64,000 nt of DNA. Origin: an uncultured delta proteobacterium (GTDB lineage: Bacteria; Desulfobacterota; Binatia; DP-6). The notes under the pieces were generated by a model, which ran no database searches, was not told where the DNA came from, and saw only the letters and a list, made by a program, of their open reading frames with translations. Positions 32,315-41,950 of this stretch are shown here, in pieces (the stretch's first letter is position 1; every line of letters starts with the position of its first letter). Position numbers and translations under genes: made by a program. The stretch is from assembly GCA_963815115.1 (NCBI GenBank), contig CAWFFN010000012.1:640001-704000 (forward strand), read 5' to 3'.

Positions 32315-32538
32315 GATGTCGGTACCGGCGGCGCCCCCCGTCTCGGCTCGTGCGCCATCCCGCCCGAGAGCCGTTCGACCCCCGGGCCGGGCTTTTCGGC
32401 CTGCGAGAACCACCGGGGGGTCTGCTCCATGTGGGCGATCGGCCTGGGGACGTGCGGCCCATTTCCGTGATGCACTCCCTCCCTGGGGCGGACCCTCGCG
32501 CTGGAAGCCCGGCGCGAAACGAGCGATACACGGGAAGA

Positions 32539-33204
32539 ATGCCGAAGCTCCTGCGGCTCCGCGTCCCCGATCGCCGCGCGCATGCCCGGCAGCACCACCG
32601 GGCAGAGATCCTGAGCGCCGCCCGCCGCGTGCTCGCCGAGATCGGATACGACGCGGCGACCCTGCGCGACATCATCCGGCGCACCAGCCTGCGCGCGGAC
32701 ACCGTCCACGAGCTGTTCCCCGACAAGGAGTCGATCCTCCGCGCGCTGGTCGAGAACACCGGGCGCCGGCTTCGAGCGCGCGTGCGCGCGGCGCGCGACC
32801 ACGCCACCGGCCTCGAGGGATTCATCGGCGACGCGTACCTCGCCTTCTTCACCTTCCTCGCCGAGGATCGCGTCGCCTTCGAGATGCTGCGCCGCGAGCC
32901 GGCCACCATCCGCGCACTGCTCCAGGAGCCGACGCTCATGGCGAGCATCGTCGAGCTCCACGAGGACCTCGAGGCGGCGGTCGCGCGCGGTCATCTTCCT
33001 CCCGTCGACCTCGAGTATCTCGGCGCGGCGATGGCCGGCGTGGCGGTCGAGGTCGCGTTCCGCATGGCCGAGCGTGAGCCGCTCGACGTCCAGGGCGCCG
33101 CCACCTTCGTCACCAAGCTCTTCCTCGGCGGACTCGAGCGCTTGCAAGCCGCCCCGCGCCCGCGTCGCGCCACCCGGTCCGGACGCGATCGCCGGTCGCG
33201 ATAG
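32539..33204 (+). CDS. TetR/AcrR family transcriptional regulator
   Basis: ILSAARRVLAEIGYDAATLRDI...FPDKESI N-terminal HTH region. Confidence 0.8.
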   Translation: MPKLLRLRVPDRRAHARQHHRAEILSAARRVLAEIGYDAATLRDIIRRTSLRADTVHELFPDKESILRALVENTGRRLRARVRAARDHATGLEGFIGDAYLAFFTFLAEDRVAFEMLRREPATIRALLQEPTLMASIVELHEDLEAAVARGHLPPVDLEYLGAAMAGVAVEVAFRMAEREPLDVQGAATFVTKLFLGGLERLQAAPRPRRATRSGRDRRSR

Positions 33205-33212
33205 GAGCGCCC

Positions 33213-34364
33213 ATGCGACGCGACGTCTTCACCGAGGATCACGAGCTCTTCCGCCGCCAGGTGCGGCGCTTCGTCGAGAAGGAGATCGCCCCGCAGGTGC
33301 CAGGCTGGAACGCCCGCGGCATGAGCGACCGGGAGGCCTGGCGTCGCGCCGGCGCCGAAGGGCTGCTCGGCGTGTGCGCTCCGCCGGAGTATGGCGGGGC
33401 CGGCGCCGATTTTCTCTACACGGCCATCGTCAACGAGGAGATGGCGCGCGTGCGGGCGCACGGCATGATGATCTCGCTGCACTCCGACATCTGCCTGCCC
33501 TACCTCCTCACCTACGGCAGCGACGAGCAGAAGCGCCGCTGGGCGCCGGGCGCAGTGTCGGGCGACGTGCTCCTCGGCATCGCCATGACCGAGCCCGGCG
33601 CGGGGTCGGACCTCGCCGCCATCGCGACCACGGCGCGCCGGGACGGCGACACCTACGTGCTGAACGGCGCCAAGACGTTCATCTCGAACGGCCAGATCGG
33701 CGACCTGTTCATCGTCGTCACCAAGACCGATCCGACGGCCCAGCCGCCGCATGCCGGCGTGAGCCTGATCCTGGTCGAGGCCGCCACGCCCGGCTTCGTC
33801 CGTGGCAAGAAGCTCGACAAGCTCGGGCTGCGCGGCCAGGACACCAGCGAGCTGTTCTTCGAGGATTGCCGCGTCCCGGTGACGAACCTCCTCGGCCGCG
33901 AAGGGCAGGGCTTCAAGATGCTGATGCAGCAGCTCCAGCAGGAGCGGCTGGTCATCGCGGTCACCGCCGTGGCGTCGTGCCGGCGTGCCCTCGACGACAC
34001 CATCGCGTACGTGAAGGAGCGTCGCGCGTTCGGCAAGCCGATCGCGGCGTTCCAGAACACGCAGTTCCGGCTCGCCGAGCTCGCGACCGAGGTCGAGGTG
34101 GGGCAGGCGTTCGTCGACCGGTTGCTGGCGGCGCACGTGCGGGGCGACGAGATCGTCACCGAGGTGAGCATGGCGAAGTGGTGGACGACCGACCTCCAGA
34201 AGCGCCTCACCAGCGACTGCGTGCAGCTCCACGGCGGCTACGGCTTCATGCTCGAGACACCGATTGCGGAGGACTATGCCGACGCCGCCGTGCAGTCGAT
34301 CTATGCCGGGACGAACGAGATCATGAAGGTGATCATCGCACGCCGGATGGGCCTCGACGCCTGA
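33213..34364 (+). CDS. Acyl-CoA dehydrogenase (LCAD-like)
   Basis: AMTEPGAGSD, QDTSELFF, LQQERL, QLHGGYG, IYAGTNEIM. Confidence 0.93.
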   Translation: MRRDVFTEDHELFRRQVRRFVEKEIAPQVPGWNARGMSDREAWRRAGAEGLLGVCAPPEYGGAGADFLYTAIVNEEMARVRAHGMMISLHSDICLPYLLTYGSDEQKRRWAPGAVSGDVLLGIAMTEPGAGSDLAAIATTARRDGDTYVLNGAKTFISNGQIGDLFIVVTKTDPTAQPPHAGVSLILVEAATPGFVRGKKLDKLGLRGQDTSELFFEDCRVPVTNLLGREGQGFKMLMQQLQQERLVIAVTAVASCRRALDDTIAYVKERRAFGKPIAAFQNTQFRLAELATEVEVGQAFVDRLLAAHVRGDEIVTEVSMAKWWTTDLQKRLTSDCVQLHGGYGFMLETPIAEDYADAAVQSIYAGTNEIMKVIIARRMGLDA

Positions 34365-34418
34365 CGACGGATCGTGCGGTGGCGCCCCGGGGCGGGCACG
34401 GGTATACAAGGGCCCGGG

Positions 34419-34787
34419 ATGCGGACGCTGGCGCTGTCGACGGCAGTACTCGTCGCCGCGCTCGGGGCAGGTGGCTGCGCGAGCGAGAAGCCGCGGCCAG
34501 TGGTCGGTGAGGACGAGATCAGCGCGGCGCATCTGAGAGCGCTCTCCCTGGAGAGCCCGTGGCTCCGCTATCTCGAGCCCGACGAGGACGAGGCACGCGC
34601 CATCGCCGAGGAGCAGCGCGCCGAGGCCGAGCGGGACCCGAACGCGGACGACGGGCTCTACCCGGAGGAGCGCACGCTGCGCGACGAGGACGACGGAACG
34701 CAGGACAAGTTCGGCCAGGCGAGCGTGGCGATCTTGCAGGTCGCGATCGTTCTCGGCGCCATGGTGGCGCCGTACTTCCTGTTCTGA
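34419..34787 (+). CDS. Hypothetical lipoprotein, acidic, with C-terminal TM helix
   Basis: MRTLALSTAVLVAALGAGGC lipobox-like; D/E-rich middle; hydrophobic C-terminus. Confidence 0.65.
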   Translation: MRTLALSTAVLVAALGAGGCASEKPRPVVGEDEISAAHLRALSLESPWLRYLEPDEDEARAIAEEQRAEAERDPNADDGLYPEERTLRDEDDGTQDKFGQASVAILQVAIVLGAMVAPYFLF

Positions 34788-34793
34788 GCTGCC

Positions 34794-35051
34794 ATGCTGT
34801 CCGGCCGCGTCCTCGTCATCGCCCTCGCCGTCCTCACCGTTCTCTGGATCGCGTTCGACTCGAGCTGGGTATCGCCCGACCCGACGCTGCCCGGCACGAC
34901 GCTGTCGCTTCTCATGCTCGCGGTCGTCTTCGCCGTCGGCGCCTGGGTCATGCAGGCCGGCGGTCGCACCGAGCGCGTGCCGCTGCTGCTGGGAACCGCG
35001 CTCGGCTGCGCGGCGTACGTCGCACTGCACGCGATCGGGTTCGCGCCCTAG
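34794..35051 (+). CDS. Small three-TM membrane protein
   Basis: 85 aa, three hydrophobic segments, 6 nt after the previous stop. Confidence 0.65.
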   Translation: MLSGRVLVIALAVLTVLWIAFDSSWVSPDPTLPGTTLSLLMLAVVFAVGAWVMQAGGRTERVPLLLGTALGCAAYVALHAIGFAP

Positions 35052-35055
35052 AACG

Positions 35056-35331
35056 CGACCCGAGACTCCGTCTCGGGTCGAAAGCGGCCGCGAGCGTGTG
35101 GCGTTGGGTGGATCGGGCGAACGCCGTGCCGCGGCCGGCGAGGCCGGCGCGGCAAACGTGGCACGCGCGACGTACTGGCCCAATGCGTCCTCGCGCCGCC
35201 TGCGAGGATGCCACCTCAGCGACGGGCTCGTTTGCCGCGGGGGCTTCGCCCCACGCGGCACGACGCGCCCGCACTGCCTGCCGAGTTGCACTCTCGCTGT
35301 CCGTCCCGACCCGAGACGAAGTCTCGGGTCG
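35056..35331. repeat. Composite palindromic intergenic element, copy B (opposite orientation to copy A)
   Basis: Terminal hairpins at 35056-35080 and 35307-35331; inner hairpins at 35127-35154 and 35233-35260. Confidence 0.9.
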
Positions 35332-35336
35332 GTGTC

Positions 35337-36098
35337 TCAGAGCAGGGCGGCCGGCGCCTGGGGCACGGTCTGCCAGAACTCTGGGTCGTGGCCGTAGAAG
35401 ATCTGCGCGCCGCGGTCGCGGAGCGCGCGCAGCGTGTGGAGCGAGCGCATCATCGCCTCGCGGTCGTGGAGCACGGCGGGCAGGTGCAGGTCGTCCAGGG
35501 TTTTCCGGAGGTAGCAGGCATCCGCCGCGAGGACGACCTCGCCGTGGTCGCCGCGGACGCGCAGGGACTGGTGCCCGGGCGTGTGACCCCAGGTCGGGAC
35601 GCAGACCACGGAGCCGTCACCGAACAGATCGTGCTCCCCGTCGACGACCAGCACGTCGTGACCCAGGTCGTAGTTGCGCGGGTCGTAGTAGTTGGCCGCG
35701 ATCTGGTCGGGCTCGTGGCCCGCCTCCCATTCCCGTCGCTGCACCACGAGCCGGGCCCCGGGGATCTGGTGGTTGCCGCCCGAGTGATCGAAGTGCAGGT
35801 GCGAGTTGACGAGGAAGCGGATGGCGCCGGCGTCCACGTCGAGCGCGGCGAGCCGCGCGCGCACCTCCTCGCCCGGACGACACTCGATGTCGAACATCGT
35901 GGCGAGGGTGCCGAGCCGGGCCGCGGGGTCGTGCTGGAGGTCCACGTGGAGCCCGCTGTCGAAGAGGACCTTCCCCTTCGGATGGTCGATCAGGTAGCTC
36001 GGCGTCGGGACGCGGACGCGGCCGTGCTCGCCCGCGAGCAAGATCCCGAGCGGGAGCGTCTGCCAGCCGCAGTTGAAGGCGTAGAGACGGAGCGACAT
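35337..36098 (-). CDS. N-acyl homoserine lactonase-like metallo-beta-lactamase fold hydrolase
   Basis: SHLHFDHSG, DLFGDG, GHTPGHQS, ADACY, GHD. Confidence 0.88.
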   Translation of the reverse strand: MSLRLYAFNCGWQTLPLGILLAGEHGRVRVPTPSYLIDHPKGKVLFDSGLHVDLQHDPAARLGTLATMFDIECRPGEEVRARLAALDVDAGAIRFLVNSHLHFDHSGGNHQIPGARLVVQRREWEAGHEPDQIAANYYDPRNYDLGHDVLVVDGEHDLFGDGSVVCVPTWGHTPGHQSLRVRGDHGEVVLAADACYLRKTLDDLHLPAVLHDREAMMRSLHTLRALRDRGAQIFYGHDPEFWQTVPQAPAALL

Positions 36099-36108
36099 GG
36101 CGCCTCTA

Positions 36109-37374
36109 CTACTCCAGCACCAGCTCGAGGAGCGAGGCCTCGCCCGGCACGCCGATGCGCAGCGGGAAGCCGTAGAACCCGGTGCCGCGGTGCACGTAGA
36201 GCCGGTTCGAGCCGTGGCCGAAGAGGCCGTGATCGGGCCAGCGCGAGCGCGTGAGCACGGTCCAGTCGAGACCGAAGCTCACCAGGCCGACCTGGCCGCC
36301 GTGCGTGTGCCCGGAGAGCGTCAGATCGGCGTCACCCCGTGGCACGTGCTGGAAGCCGAGCGGATCGTGCAGCAGCAGAAAGCGGAGATGTCCCGCGCGG
36401 CGCGGGAACCGGGCCAGGAGCTCGCGGATGCGCTCGCGCCGTCCCTTGCCGACCCAGTCCGCGCCGACGAGCTGTACCGGCCCGACCGCGGTGTCGACGA
36501 CGGCCTCGTCGTCGACCAGCAGGGTGATTCCCGTGGCCGCGAGGGCGGCGCGAATCTCGCCCTCGGCTTCGTGGTCGTGGTTGCCGAAGATCGCGAAGCA
36601 CCGCTCGGGGAGCCCGCGCAGCGGCTCGAGGGCGCTGGCGAGCGCGCCCGGGGTGCCGGCGCTCTCCATGGTGAGGAAGTCCCCGGTCAGGAGGACGAGA
36701 TCGGGTTCGCGCGCGACCAGGTCGGCGATCATCCGCCTCAGGCGTCCGACGGGCCGCCACGGGCCGAGGTGTGGATCGGCGATCTGCACGATCCGCAACG
36801 GCCGGCGCGCCAGCGGCACAGGGCGCCGCCGGCGGTAGCGCTCGACGGGCATGCGTGCGACCTCGTCCGGCCCGCTGCGCCCGAGCGGGACGCGGACGAT
36901 CTCCTCGACGGTGCGCAACGAGGTGATCACCGAGAGCGTGCCGACCACGACCGGCACCAGGTCGAGCCAGCGCAGCGACGCCAGCGTTCCTCCGAGGCCG
37001 GCGAGCCAGAGGGCGCCACGCACGGGAATGAGCGCGAGCAACCACAGCCCGGACAGCGCCCCGACGGCGATGAAGACCATGCCGGGAATGCTCACGAGGA
37101 CGCGGAAGAAGGCCGGCCGCAGCCGCGCTCGGACGAGGTGGGCGAGATGCGCGGCGGCGGCGAGCAGCCCCCAGGTGAAGGCGCCCGCGAGCCAGGGGCG
37201 GAGCTCGGGTGCCGCCCAGGCGGACAGCCGCGCGTGCATCACCACGGCGCCGGGCAGCGCGACGGCGAGGATCACGAAGGCGAAGATGCCGTACGACCGT
37301 CCACGCACGGCCCAGGCATAGGCCGGTAGCGCGAGGAGCAGGATCAGGGCGAGCCAGGTGACGGCAGCGACCAC
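36109..37374 (-). CDS. Membrane-anchored metallophosphoesterase (YkuE-like)
   Basis: DPHLG, TGDF, GNHD, HDP, GHTHGGQ; N-terminal TM helices; GTG start inferred. Confidence 0.85.
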   Translation of the reverse strand: MVAAVTWLALILLLALPAYAWAVRGRSYGIFAFVILAVALPGAVVMHARLSAWAAPELRPWLAGAFTWGLLAAAAHLAHLVRARLRPAFFRVLVSIPGMVFIAVGALSGLWLLALIPVRGALWLAGLGGTLASLRWLDLVPVVVGTLSVITSLRTVEEIVRVPLGRSGPDEVARMPVERYRRRRPVPLARRPLRIVQIADPHLGPWRPVGRLRRMIADLVAREPDLVLLTGDFLTMESAGTPGALASALEPLRGLPERCFAIFGNHDHEAEGEIRAALAATGITLLVDDEAVVDTAVGPVQLVGADWVGKGRRERIRELLARFPRRAGHLRFLLLHDPLGFQHVPRGDADLTLSGHTHGGQVGLVSFGLDWTVLTRSRWPDHGLFGHGSNRLYVHRGTGFYGFPLRIGVPGEASLLELVLE

Positions 37375-37387
37375 GAGGCCCGATATC

Positions 37388-37810
37388 CTAGCCGCCCGGG
37401 CAGGTGTGCGCGAACCAGGCTGCGATCGCACGGCGGTAGCCGTGCGGCAGCGGGATGCCGTCGAGCGCATGGGGAGGGAAGAGAGCGACCGCACGACCCT
37501 CGGGACTCTGCAGCCGCTCCGGGAACGCGGCGGCCTCGCAACCGTACGCCAGTACGACGACCTCGACGCCGTCGGCGATGCGGTAGACCCAGGCGTCGAG
37601 CAGCGGTCCGACGTCGACCCGCACGTCGAGCTCCTCGGCGATCTCGCGTGCCACGCACTGCTGCGGCGTCTCGCCGGGCTCGAGCTTGCCACCTGGCAGC
37701 TCCCACTCCCCGCGCGAGTTGCCGACGAGCACGACGCGGCCGTCGCGCAGCAGGACGCCCTTCACGGACACCGGGAAGCGCGGCGACGAGTTGTCGAGCG
37801 GCTGGATCAT
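37388..37810 (-). CDS. NUDIX hydrolase
   Basis: WELPGGKLEPGETPQQCVAREIAEEL Nudix box. Confidence 0.88.
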   Translation of the reverse strand: MIQPLDNSSPRFPVSVKGVLLRDGRVVLVGNSRGEWELPGGKLEPGETPQQCVAREIAEELDVRVDVGPLLDAWVYRIADGVEVVVLAYGCEAAAFPERLQSPEGRAVALFPPHALDGIPLPHGYRRAIAAWFAHTCPGG

Positions 37811-37839
37811 CGTCGGGCACCATGCCATGACGATCGGCG

Positions 37840-39858
37840 ATGCGCGACGCGCGCCTGGCCGCGGTGGCGTGCCTCCTCGCCTGGCTGGGGGTGGCGTGCA
37901 GCAACAACCCGTATCCCGACAGCGACGACAAGGAGCGGGTGCTCTATCTCAACTACCAGGAGGCCCCGAAGACGCTCGACCCGGCGGTCGCCTACTCGAC
38001 CGTCGACCACATGATCGTCGGTCCGGTCTTCGACACCTTGCTCCAGTATCACTTCCTCGAGCGGCCCTACCGGCTCATCCCCGGACTGCTCGCGGAGATG
38101 CCCGAGGTCACGCCGCGCGACGACGGTCGAGTGGTCTTTCGCCTGAAGTTGCGCGACGACCTGCTCTTCCAGGACGATCCCTGCTTCGCCCTGGGGACGC
38201 CGGGCGCCACCACGCGTCCCGTGATGGCCGCCGACGTGGCCTTCCAGCTCATGCGCCTGGCGGATCCCAAGGTGAACAGCCCCGTCGCCCCGACGATGGC
38301 GCGCATCGCGGGCTTCGAGGAGTTCGCCGGGCGCCTGACGAAGCTGCGCAAGGACGACCCGGCCTTCACGCGCGCGCCGCATCGACGAGCAGTACGCGAT
38401 AGCGGGCGGCATCGACGGCGTGCGCGTGCTCGGTCCGGCCGAGCTCGAGATCGTGCTCCGCGAGGCATACCCGCAGTTTCGCTTCTGGCTCGCGATGGAG
38501 TTCACCGCGCCCGTCCCGTGGGAGGCGGTCGCGTACTACGACGGGCGCGCCGGTCGCGAGGCGTTCGCCGAGCATCCCGTCGGCACCGGACCGTTCCGGC
38601 TCGCGCTCTACGACAAGCGGCTCCGCATCGAGCTGGCCCGCAACCCGAACTGGCACGGCGTGCTGCACCCCGAAGCGCACGCGCCCGGGCGCGGTCTATC
38701 CCGGCGAGGGCGAGCCCGACGATGCCGCACGCGGCTGGCTCGACCCGGCGTACGTCGGACGGCCGCTGCCGTTCCTCGATCGCGTCGACTTCGAGCTCGA
38801 CAAGGAGGACATCCCCGCCTTCACCAAGTTCCTCCAGGGCTACTACGACCTCTCCGGCATCATCGAGGAGAGCTTCGACCGTGTCGTGCACCAGGGACGG
38901 CTGTCGCCGGAGATGCAGAAGCTCGACATGCAGCTCGCCAAGGCCGTGCAGCCCTCCATCTACTACATGGGCTTCAACATGCAGGATCCCGTGGTCGGCG
39001 CGCCCGCCGGCGATCGCGGTCGCAAGCTGCGCCAGGCGATGAGCCTCGTCATCGACAGCCAGGCCTTCATGGACATCTTCTTGAATGGACGTGGCATCGC
39101 GGCGCAGTCCGTGATTCCGCCCGGCATCTTCGGCTACGAGGAAACCTACCTGAACCCCTTCCGCCGGGTCGATCTCGAGCGCGCCGGGACCTGCTGCGCG
39201 AGGCGGGCTATCCGGGCGGGATCGACCCGAAGACCGGCAAGCCGCTCCGCCTCACCTTCGACACCGCGGACACCAGCGCGCGCGGACGGCTGCGCTATCA
39301 GTTCTTCGTCGACGCCTGGAGCCGCATCGGCGTCGACGTCGAGATCGCCGCCACCACCTACAACCAGTTCCAGGACAAGGTGCGCCGTGGCGCCTACCAG
39401 CTCTTCATGTGGGGCTGGGTGGCCGACTATCCCGATCCCGAGAACTTCCTCTTTCTCCTCTGGAGCGAGAGCGCGCGCAGCGCGGGCGGACCGAACACCG
39501 CCAACTTCGCCGATCCGCGCTTCGACCGCCTCTTCCTCGCCATGCGCGACGCGCCCGACGGGCCCGAGCGGCTGCGCCTCATCCAGCGAGATGCGCGCGC
39601 ATCCTCGAGCACGAGCGGCCGTGGGTGGAGCTCTTCTACCCGGAGTCGTATGCCCTCATTCACGGCTGGGTGCACAACGCGAAGCCGCTCGGCATGTCGT
39701 TCTCCACCCTCAAGTACCGCGACGTCGACGTCGCGCAGCGGGCGCGCAAGCGCCTCGCGTGGAACGAGCCGGTGACCTGGCCGGCGTGGGTGCTGCTGGG
39801 AATCGCCGCGGTGGTCTTTGCGCCCGCGGTTCGTACCGCGTTCAAGAGGCTGCGATGA
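37840..39858 (+). CDS. Peptide ABC transporter substrate-binding lipoprotein (OppA/family 5), broken by about 5 single-base indels
   Basis: LGVAC lipobox, KTLDPA, PVGTGPF, GWVADYPDPENF across successive frames; shifts near 38380, 38690, 39187 and 39587-39600. Confidence 0.8.
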
Positions 39859-40823
39859 TCCTCACCTACCTGCTGCGGCGTCTGACCTACGGCGTCGCGA
39901 CCGTGCTCGGCGTCCTGCTGCTGCTCTTCGTGCTCTTCTTCCTCGTCACCACGCCGGACGACATCGCGCGCCGGGCGCTGGGCGACAAGGCGCCGCCCGA
40001 GGCGCTCGTGCAGTGGAAGCTGAACCACGGCTACGCGAAGCCGCGCCTGTGGAACCCGGCCGCTCCCGGCGACACCATGCTGGCCGAGCACTTCCGCCGC
40101 ATGCTCACCTTCGACTTCGGACGCAGTGACGCCGACGACGTGCCGATCACGCGGCGGCTGCGCGAGGGGCTCGGGCCCAGCCTGGCGCTGACGCTCCCGC
40201 TCTTTCTCATCGAGCTGCCGCTGGCCCTCGCGCTCGCCCTGCTCGTGGCGCTGCTGCGCGAGACCTACGTCGATCGGCTGGGGGTGACGCTCTGCGTGCT
40301 CGGCATGAGCGTCTCCGTGCTGCTCTACATCGTCGGCGGGCAGTACGTCCTCGGCAAGCTGCTGCGGTGGTTTCCCATCTCGGGCTTCGATCCGCGGCCC
40401 GCCGTGATCCTGCGCTTCCTCGCGCTGCCGGTCGCCGTCGGCGTGCTGTCGGGGCTGGGCGAGGGCGTGCGCTTCTACCGTACCGTGTTCGTCGAGGAGG
40501 TCGGCCGCGACCACGTACGGACCGCGCGAGCAAAGGGCTGCGGCGAGGGACGCGTCATGATTCGACACGTGTTGCGCAACGCGCTCATTCCCATCCTGAC
40601 CCAGGTGGTGATCGCGATCCCGTTCCTCTTCGCGGGCTCGCTCCTGCTCGAGTCGTTCTTCGGCATCCCCGGCCTCGGTGCGCTCACCGTCGAGGCCATC
40701 AACAGCAACGACTTCGCGACCCTGCGCACCATGGTCTACATCGGCTCGCTGCTCTTCATCCTCGGCCAGATCCTCACCGACCTGAGCTACGCGCTGGTCG
40801 ACCCCCGGGTGCGCCTGGAGTAG
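39855..40823 (+). CDS. Peptide ABC transporter permease (OppB-like)
   Basis: RTARAKG...HVLRNALIP EAA loop, ESFFGIPGLG; ATGA overlap. Confidence 0.92.
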   Translation: MILTYLLRRLTYGVATVLGVLLLLFVLFFLVTTPDDIARRALGDKAPPEALVQWKLNHGYAKPRLWNPAAPGDTMLAEHFRRMLTFDFGRSDADDVPITRRLREGLGPSLALTLPLFLIELPLALALALLVALLRETYVDRLGVTLCVLGMSVSVLLYIVGGQYVLGKLLRWFPISGFDPRPAVILRFLALPVAVGVLSGLGEGVRFYRTVFVEEVGRDHVRTARAKGCGEGRVMIRHVLRNALIPILTQVVIAIPFLFAGSLLLESFFGIPGLGALTVEAINSNDFATLRTMVYIGSLLFILGQILTDLSYALVDPRVRLE

Positions 40824-40827
40824 CCCG

Positions 40828-41841
40828 GTGGAGCCGCACGTCGTCTCCAATCTCGTCACGGGCGCGCTGGTCGCGGCGGCTACCGGCGCCGCGGTGGCCG
40901 CGGCGCGCAGCCCGCTCTGGCGCGACGCCGCCCGCGACCTCTGGCGCCGGCGGCCCGTCGCGCTCGCCGCCGTCGCGCTCTACCTGCTGGTGGCGCTCCT
41001 CGACTCGGTCGCCTGGGTGGGGGGAGGCGAGGGAGTGGCGCTGGCGCGGCCGCGCTCGGTGATCGACCGCCTGTTCCCTGCCGACTTCCAGGAGCGCAGC
41101 TACTCCGCGCCGCTCGCGGCGACCGAGCTCTACGGCGGGGCGCCGCTGCGCTACCCCGGGCGCCATCTGCTCGGGACCGACATCCTCGGCCGCGACGTCC
41201 TCCTGCTGACGTTGAAGGGAGCGCGCGTCGCGCTCCTCGTCGGCGGCCTGACCACGCTGATCGTCATTCCGATCGCGCTTCTCTTCGGCGTCACCGCGGG
41301 CTACCACGGCGGCCGCATTGACGACGCCGTCTTCTTCATCATGTCGACGCTCGCCTCGATGCCCGGGCTGCTGCTCCTGATCGCGCTCATCATGGCGCTC
41401 GGCCGGGGCACCGTGCAGGTATGCGTCGCGCTCGGGGTCACCGGCTGGGTGGGCTTCTGCCGGGTCGCGCGCGGGGAGACCTTGAAGGTGCGCGAGCTCG
41501 ACTACGTGCAGGCGGCTCGGGCCCTGGGCGCCAGCAGCCCGGCCATCATCTGGCGGCACGTGCTGCCGAACCTCGCCCATCTCGTCGTCATCACCTTCGT
41601 CCTCACGTTCTCGGGCCTCGTCCTGTCCGAGGCGGTTCTCTCCTGGCTCGGCATCGGCCTGGAAGGGAGCTGGGGCCAGATGATCGACCAGGCCCGCGAC
41701 GAGCTGGCCCGCGACCCGATCATCGGCTGGAACCTGGGGGCCGCCTCGGTAGCGCTCTTCGGCCTCATCCTCGCCGTCAACCTGGTGGGCGACGGGGTGC
41801 GGGACGTCCTCGATCCGCGCACCCGGCGCGAGCGCCGCTAG
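40828..41841 (+). CDS. Peptide ABC transporter permease (OppC-like)
   Basis: LGTDILGRD, YVQAARALGA...RHVLPN, NLVGDGVRDVLDP. Confidence 0.92.
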   Translation: MEPHVVSNLVTGALVAAATGAAVAAARSPLWRDAARDLWRRRPVALAAVALYLLVALLDSVAWVGGGEGVALARPRSVIDRLFPADFQERSYSAPLAATELYGGAPLRYPGRHLLGTDILGRDVLLLTLKGARVALLVGGLTTLIVIPIALLFGVTAGYHGGRIDDAVFFIMSTLASMPGLLLLIALIMALGRGTVQVCVALGVTGWVGFCRVARGETLKVRELDYVQAARALGASSPAIIWRHVLPNLAHLVVITFVLTFSGLVLSEAVLSWLGIGLEGSWGQMIDQARDELARDPIIGWNLGAASVALFGLILAVNLVGDGVRDVLDPRTRRERR

Positions 41842-41848
41842 AGGAGCG

Positions 41849-41950
41849 CGACCCGAGACTCCGTCTCGGGTCGAAAGCGGAGGGGAACGTGTGGCGTGCG
41901 GTGGATCGGGCGTAGGCCGTGCCGCGGCCGGCGAAGCCGGCGCGGCAAAC
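41849..41950 (+). repeat. Single arm of the palindromic element (copy C)
   Basis: CGACCCGAGAC-TCC-GTCTCGGGTCG (41849-73) ... TGCCGCGGCCGGC-GAA-GCCGGCGCGGCAAAC (41920-50). Confidence 0.88.

Noticed and set aside
37840-39858. oppA, P450, gntR, APC permease and sppA as pseudogenes or programmed frameshifts
   Set aside because: No canonical slippery heptamers were noticed and motifs are intact; the pattern fits sequencing indels better.
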